NCBI RefSeq assembly: GCF_001194135.2
Contig: NC_068984.1
Location: 84,221,560-84,258,572 of the forward strand
Origin: Octopus bimaculoides
Taxonomy: Eukaryota
DNA: 37,013 nucleotides
Direction of reading: 5' to 3'
Shown: one piece after another, positions 33,445 to 37,013 of the stretch
Layout of the letters: each line of letters begins with the position of its first letter
Numbering within the stretch: position 1 is the first letter of the stretch
Program-made: the position numbers and the translations under genes
Notes under the pieces: generated by a model
What the model saw: the letters and a program-made list of their open reading frames with translations, nothing else
The model's database searches: none
What the model was told of the DNA's origin: nothing

Positions 33445-34320
33445 TGAAAAATTAGGCATAAAAGGAATCAGATATAGTATGCATGAAAGAAGACTGTGCT
33501 GGTGTGGCCATGTGATGCATATAGATGAGGACAGCTGCATACAGAAGTACTAGTTGCTTAAAGTGGACAGCATTTGTGGAAAAGGACAATCCAGGACTAT
33601 ATGTGATAAAGAAGTAAAAGCTGGTCTCAAGATATTGAATCTCCCAGAGGAGATGACAAAAGACTGGGATGATTGACAATGTGCTGTGCTTGAGAAATCC
33701 TCCCATCATGGAGAAAACTGAGGTTCTAAGAGCATTTTTCTATGCCTGTACATGCTGAGCCCTGTCCTTGCATCCAATCTGCCCCATCAAGGATTTTCCA
33801 CACTTCAATCTCCTAATACTTGATACCCTTCTAACTACTTGAGTGCTGTAATCATTTGAGAGCAGAAATTGACACTAATTTCATCATCCCTTTTTTTTAT
33901 ATACTACTATTTGCCTCCTTTCTCTGGAACGACTTCATATTAAAAACCATCCCTCATTTTCATTATCATCCTTCCCTTGTATTCAGCTCCTCAGAGCTAC
34001 ACCTTAGACTTGTTATACCTCATCTTTAACACCTGTCATATCTGCTACCATTCTCCATGCCCTGTCATATCTGACATGAATGTACCACAGTTGTCAACCC
34101 ACTTACTATAGTCATGTTTATGTACCTCTGACTTCCATCTCTGTCACAGCACATTATCTTGCACCCAGTACACACTGTCAATTGGTTGGTATTAAGAAGG
34201 GCATCTAGCAATAGAAACCATGTCAAAGCTGATAACTGGGCCTGATGCAGTCCTCTAGCTCACTGGATCCTGTCAAACTGTCCAAAACATGCCAGCATAG
34301 ATTAAATGATAACGATGATG
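33445..34320 (+). mobile_element. Older RTE-clade 3' fragment with pyrimidine-rich UTR and (GAT)n tail
   Basis: LGIKGIRYSMHERRLCWCGHVMHIDEDSC...AVLEK, then the conserved terminal block ggttggtattaagaagggcatc...gatgatg. Confidence 0.65.
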
Positions 34321-34487
34321 CACACACACATAAAAAAACATACATACATACATACATACATACACACGCACACATACGTACGTACATACATACATACATC
34401 TGTATGTATGTATGTATGTATGTGTGACTGTATGTATATATACATACATACACACACACATACATACATGCATATATGTATGTATAT

Positions 34488-34518
34488 ATTTTAAACAATA
34501 ATCACACAGTATAGTTTA

Positions 34519-34561
<43 letters not shown>

Positions 34562-34616
34562 ACACACACACACACACACACATAACAAGCTATACTGTGT
34601 GATTATTGTTTAAAAT
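34488..34616. repeat. 29-bp inverted repeat enclosing (TCTA)n(CA)n
   Basis: 34488-34516 versus 34588-34616, one mismatch. Confidence 0.9.
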
Positions 34617-34711
34617 TAAGCAGTTATAAGATCATGATTTAAAACATTACCTACACAGAAGGAAGTAGGTAACTTAGAAGGATTAAAAGGAACGTGTGTG
34701 TGTGTGTGTGT

Positions 34712-34747
<36 letters not shown>

Positions 34748-35196
34748 TGTGTGTGAATATAAGCTAGTGTGATAGGGTTGGTTCATTGAGAACATTATCA
34801 ACATTATATAAACATTCAGAAAAATGAAGTGACAGATATTTAAAAGTTAGATAGATGTAGAAACAGAATCAAGTCCTTTCATGAATCCATAAGGGCAATT
34901 AATCACATTTGGCTTTCTTCTCTAGGGCATACTCTGGCACACAGACAAACCTATATACCTACTAATATATCTATCCTACATCTGCATTTCTTTACCGTAT
35001 GTACATATATGTGTATATGTGTATAAATGTATGCATGTATGTGTGTATGTATGTGTACACACACACACGCACACATAACATATAGTCTATTTAGGCTGAT
35101 TCAGTGATCTTTTACTGCGGACTTCCCCTCAATGTGTTATCGGTTCCTCCGACAAGAATATTCCTGCACCAACAATACATTAGAGACACTCTAGAA

Positions 35197-35548
35197 CAGT
35201 GCTTATCAATCATTTATTGCCAATGGACCTCTTTGATTCCTATGTTTCTCTACCAGACCCCCATAGCCATTCGATGTTTAGAAATACTTATTGTCTTTTA
35301 TATTTATAATTAAATATTATTAGGAATTGCATAAAAAAAATGTTAAAATATTTTTCTATTGTAGGAGTATAAACAATTTATTTCACATAAACTTTGACAA
35401 AATCTTATATGGACCCCCAAAGGTCATATTGACCCCGAAAGGAGAATGGTAAAGCTTACCTCAGCAGGATAGGAATGCAAAATGCAATGAGGTGGAAGAA
35501 ATGTCACTAAGCATTTTGTCCACTAAACAGACATTTTGAGAATCACTG
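35197..35548. mobile_element. hAT (Charlie-like) MITE with about 100 bp of extra internal sequence
   Basis: TIRs cagtgcttatcaatc / tttgagaatcactg; 8-bp flanks ctctagaa / ctcaagag; shares gacccccatagccattcgatgt with the 12212 copy. Confidence 0.75.
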
Positions 35549-35627
35549 CTCAAGAGAGCAGGCCACCAGATCAGGCAAGATAAACTATAACATTCTATTA
35601 TGGTCCAGTATATGAATTCAGTTAGTT

Positions 35628-36040
35628 TCTTTTATCTTTTATAGTTTACTTGTTTCAGTCATTAGACTATGGTCAGGCTGGGGCACCACTTTGAAGAATT
35701 TTAGTTGAACAAATTGACCTCGGTACTTATTCCATTTTCCTTCAAACCTGGTACTTATTCTGTCAGACTCTTTTGCTGAACTACTGACTTACAGGAATGT
35801 AAACACACCAACAACAATCGTGAAGTAGTGGTGAAGGACAGACACAACACACACCCACACAAACACACACACACTTATATATGATGGGCATTAGTTTCTG
35901 TCAACCAAATCCATTGACAAGGCCTTGGTGGCTGGAGGCTGTAGTAGAGGACACTTACCGCAAATGCCACACAGTGAGACTGAACCTGGGACCATGTAGT
36001 TACAAATCAAACATTCTACAACAGCCATGCCCGTGCCTAT
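35628..36040 (-). mobile_element. SINE family B, older full-length copy
   Basis: ttacttgtttcagtcatt through acagccatgcccgtgcct, collinear with the reverse complement of 25879-26276. Confidence 0.8.
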
Positions 36041-36830
36041 ATAGCTATGTCTGTGCCTATTACTAAAGTTTGCTGCACATTTGGGCCCTATTCACATACT
36101 TCTACAGTTGAAATGACACATACACATATATGCATGGACATACATACTAATGCATACATGCATGCACAAACACACAACACATATTTAAGCACATCCTACT
36201 ATGTTGATTCTAGTGTTGAACCTATGAAGTACATTTATAACACAGACAATGACTACATACACAACATATAACACGAGCAAACATGAAAACATGTAGAAAT
36301 GCATAGATAGACGTACTTTTTCACATGAATCAAACTTAATAAGTGTGCAGATATGAGCATATACTCTAGCACACAGACTGAATGAACATAAAGTGATAGA
36401 CCAGACATATGTGTACTGATATAAATATACATAAAAATAAATGTACCTTTGTACCCAACAATAAAAACAGCTTAGCTACCATACTTGCATATGTTGTACT
36501 TAATGGCCTTGTCCATTACCTGGTCAAAAACTATCACTCTATAATATTACTTGCAGGTGGCAAAGATATGAAATACTTACAGGAAACCCATCGCCACAGA
36601 CACCATTGCTACCCCCACGCCACCCCTTTATATAAACAAGAGCAATAAAAGATAAACAAACAAAACTTTTTTACTTACATCACCTTTCCTATGGTATAGT
36701 AATCCAAAAGTCCAAAAGCTTTTTTTTATATTATCATAATCTTATAATCCATTGGATCAACTGTTTTTCCTGGCTTTCATAGCTTTGTAGGAAATGTCTA
36801 CATATCTGCAAGAATATATGTACATACATA

Positions 36831-37013
36831 CATCATCATCATCATCATCGTTTAACGTCCGCTTTCCATGCTAGCATGGGTTGGACGATTTGACTGAGGA
36901 CTGGTGAAACCGGATGGCAACACCAGGCTCCAATCTAATTTGGCAGAGTTTCTACAGCTGGATGCCCTTCCTAACGCCAACCACTCAGAGTGTAGTGGGT
37001 GCTTTTACGTGTC
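36831..37013 (-). mobile_element. Young RTE 3' terminal fragment, cut by the window edge
   Basis: (CAT)n then cgtttaacgtccgctttccatgctagcatgggttggacg, near-identical to the reverse complement of 32170-32325. Confidence 0.85.

Overview
AT-rich, repeat-dense eukaryotic genomic DNA with four N gaps (1654-2075, 3644-3767, 21655-21884, 23954-23963). The SINE, RTE and microsatellite landscape looks like a coleoid cephalopod, probably Octopus; this is recognition, not a database result. There are no prokaryotic-type genes, rRNA, true tRNA genes or CRISPR arrays, and almost all of the supplied ORF track is microsatellite, N-gap or transposon noise. The window appears to be mostly introns of one unidentified + strand gene. 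I inferred its short exons by hand from splice signals and phase continuity; the best-supported chain is 18357-18408, 18491-18551, 19950-19986 and the 18-nt microexon 20647-20664. The introns carry several tRNA-derived SINE families, RTE-clade 3' ends, R4/Dong-like restriction-endonuclease LINE remnants, hAT MITEs, non-autonomous Helitrons, a SAP-domain transposon fragment and five fold-back elements. The most interesting observations are a SINE with twin-priming (5'-inversion) geometry, two loci with triplicated target-site duplications, a microexon whose skipping creates a stop codon at the junction, an RT-less LINE fused in frame, and a perfect RFX X-box. I did not find a clearly new biological system.
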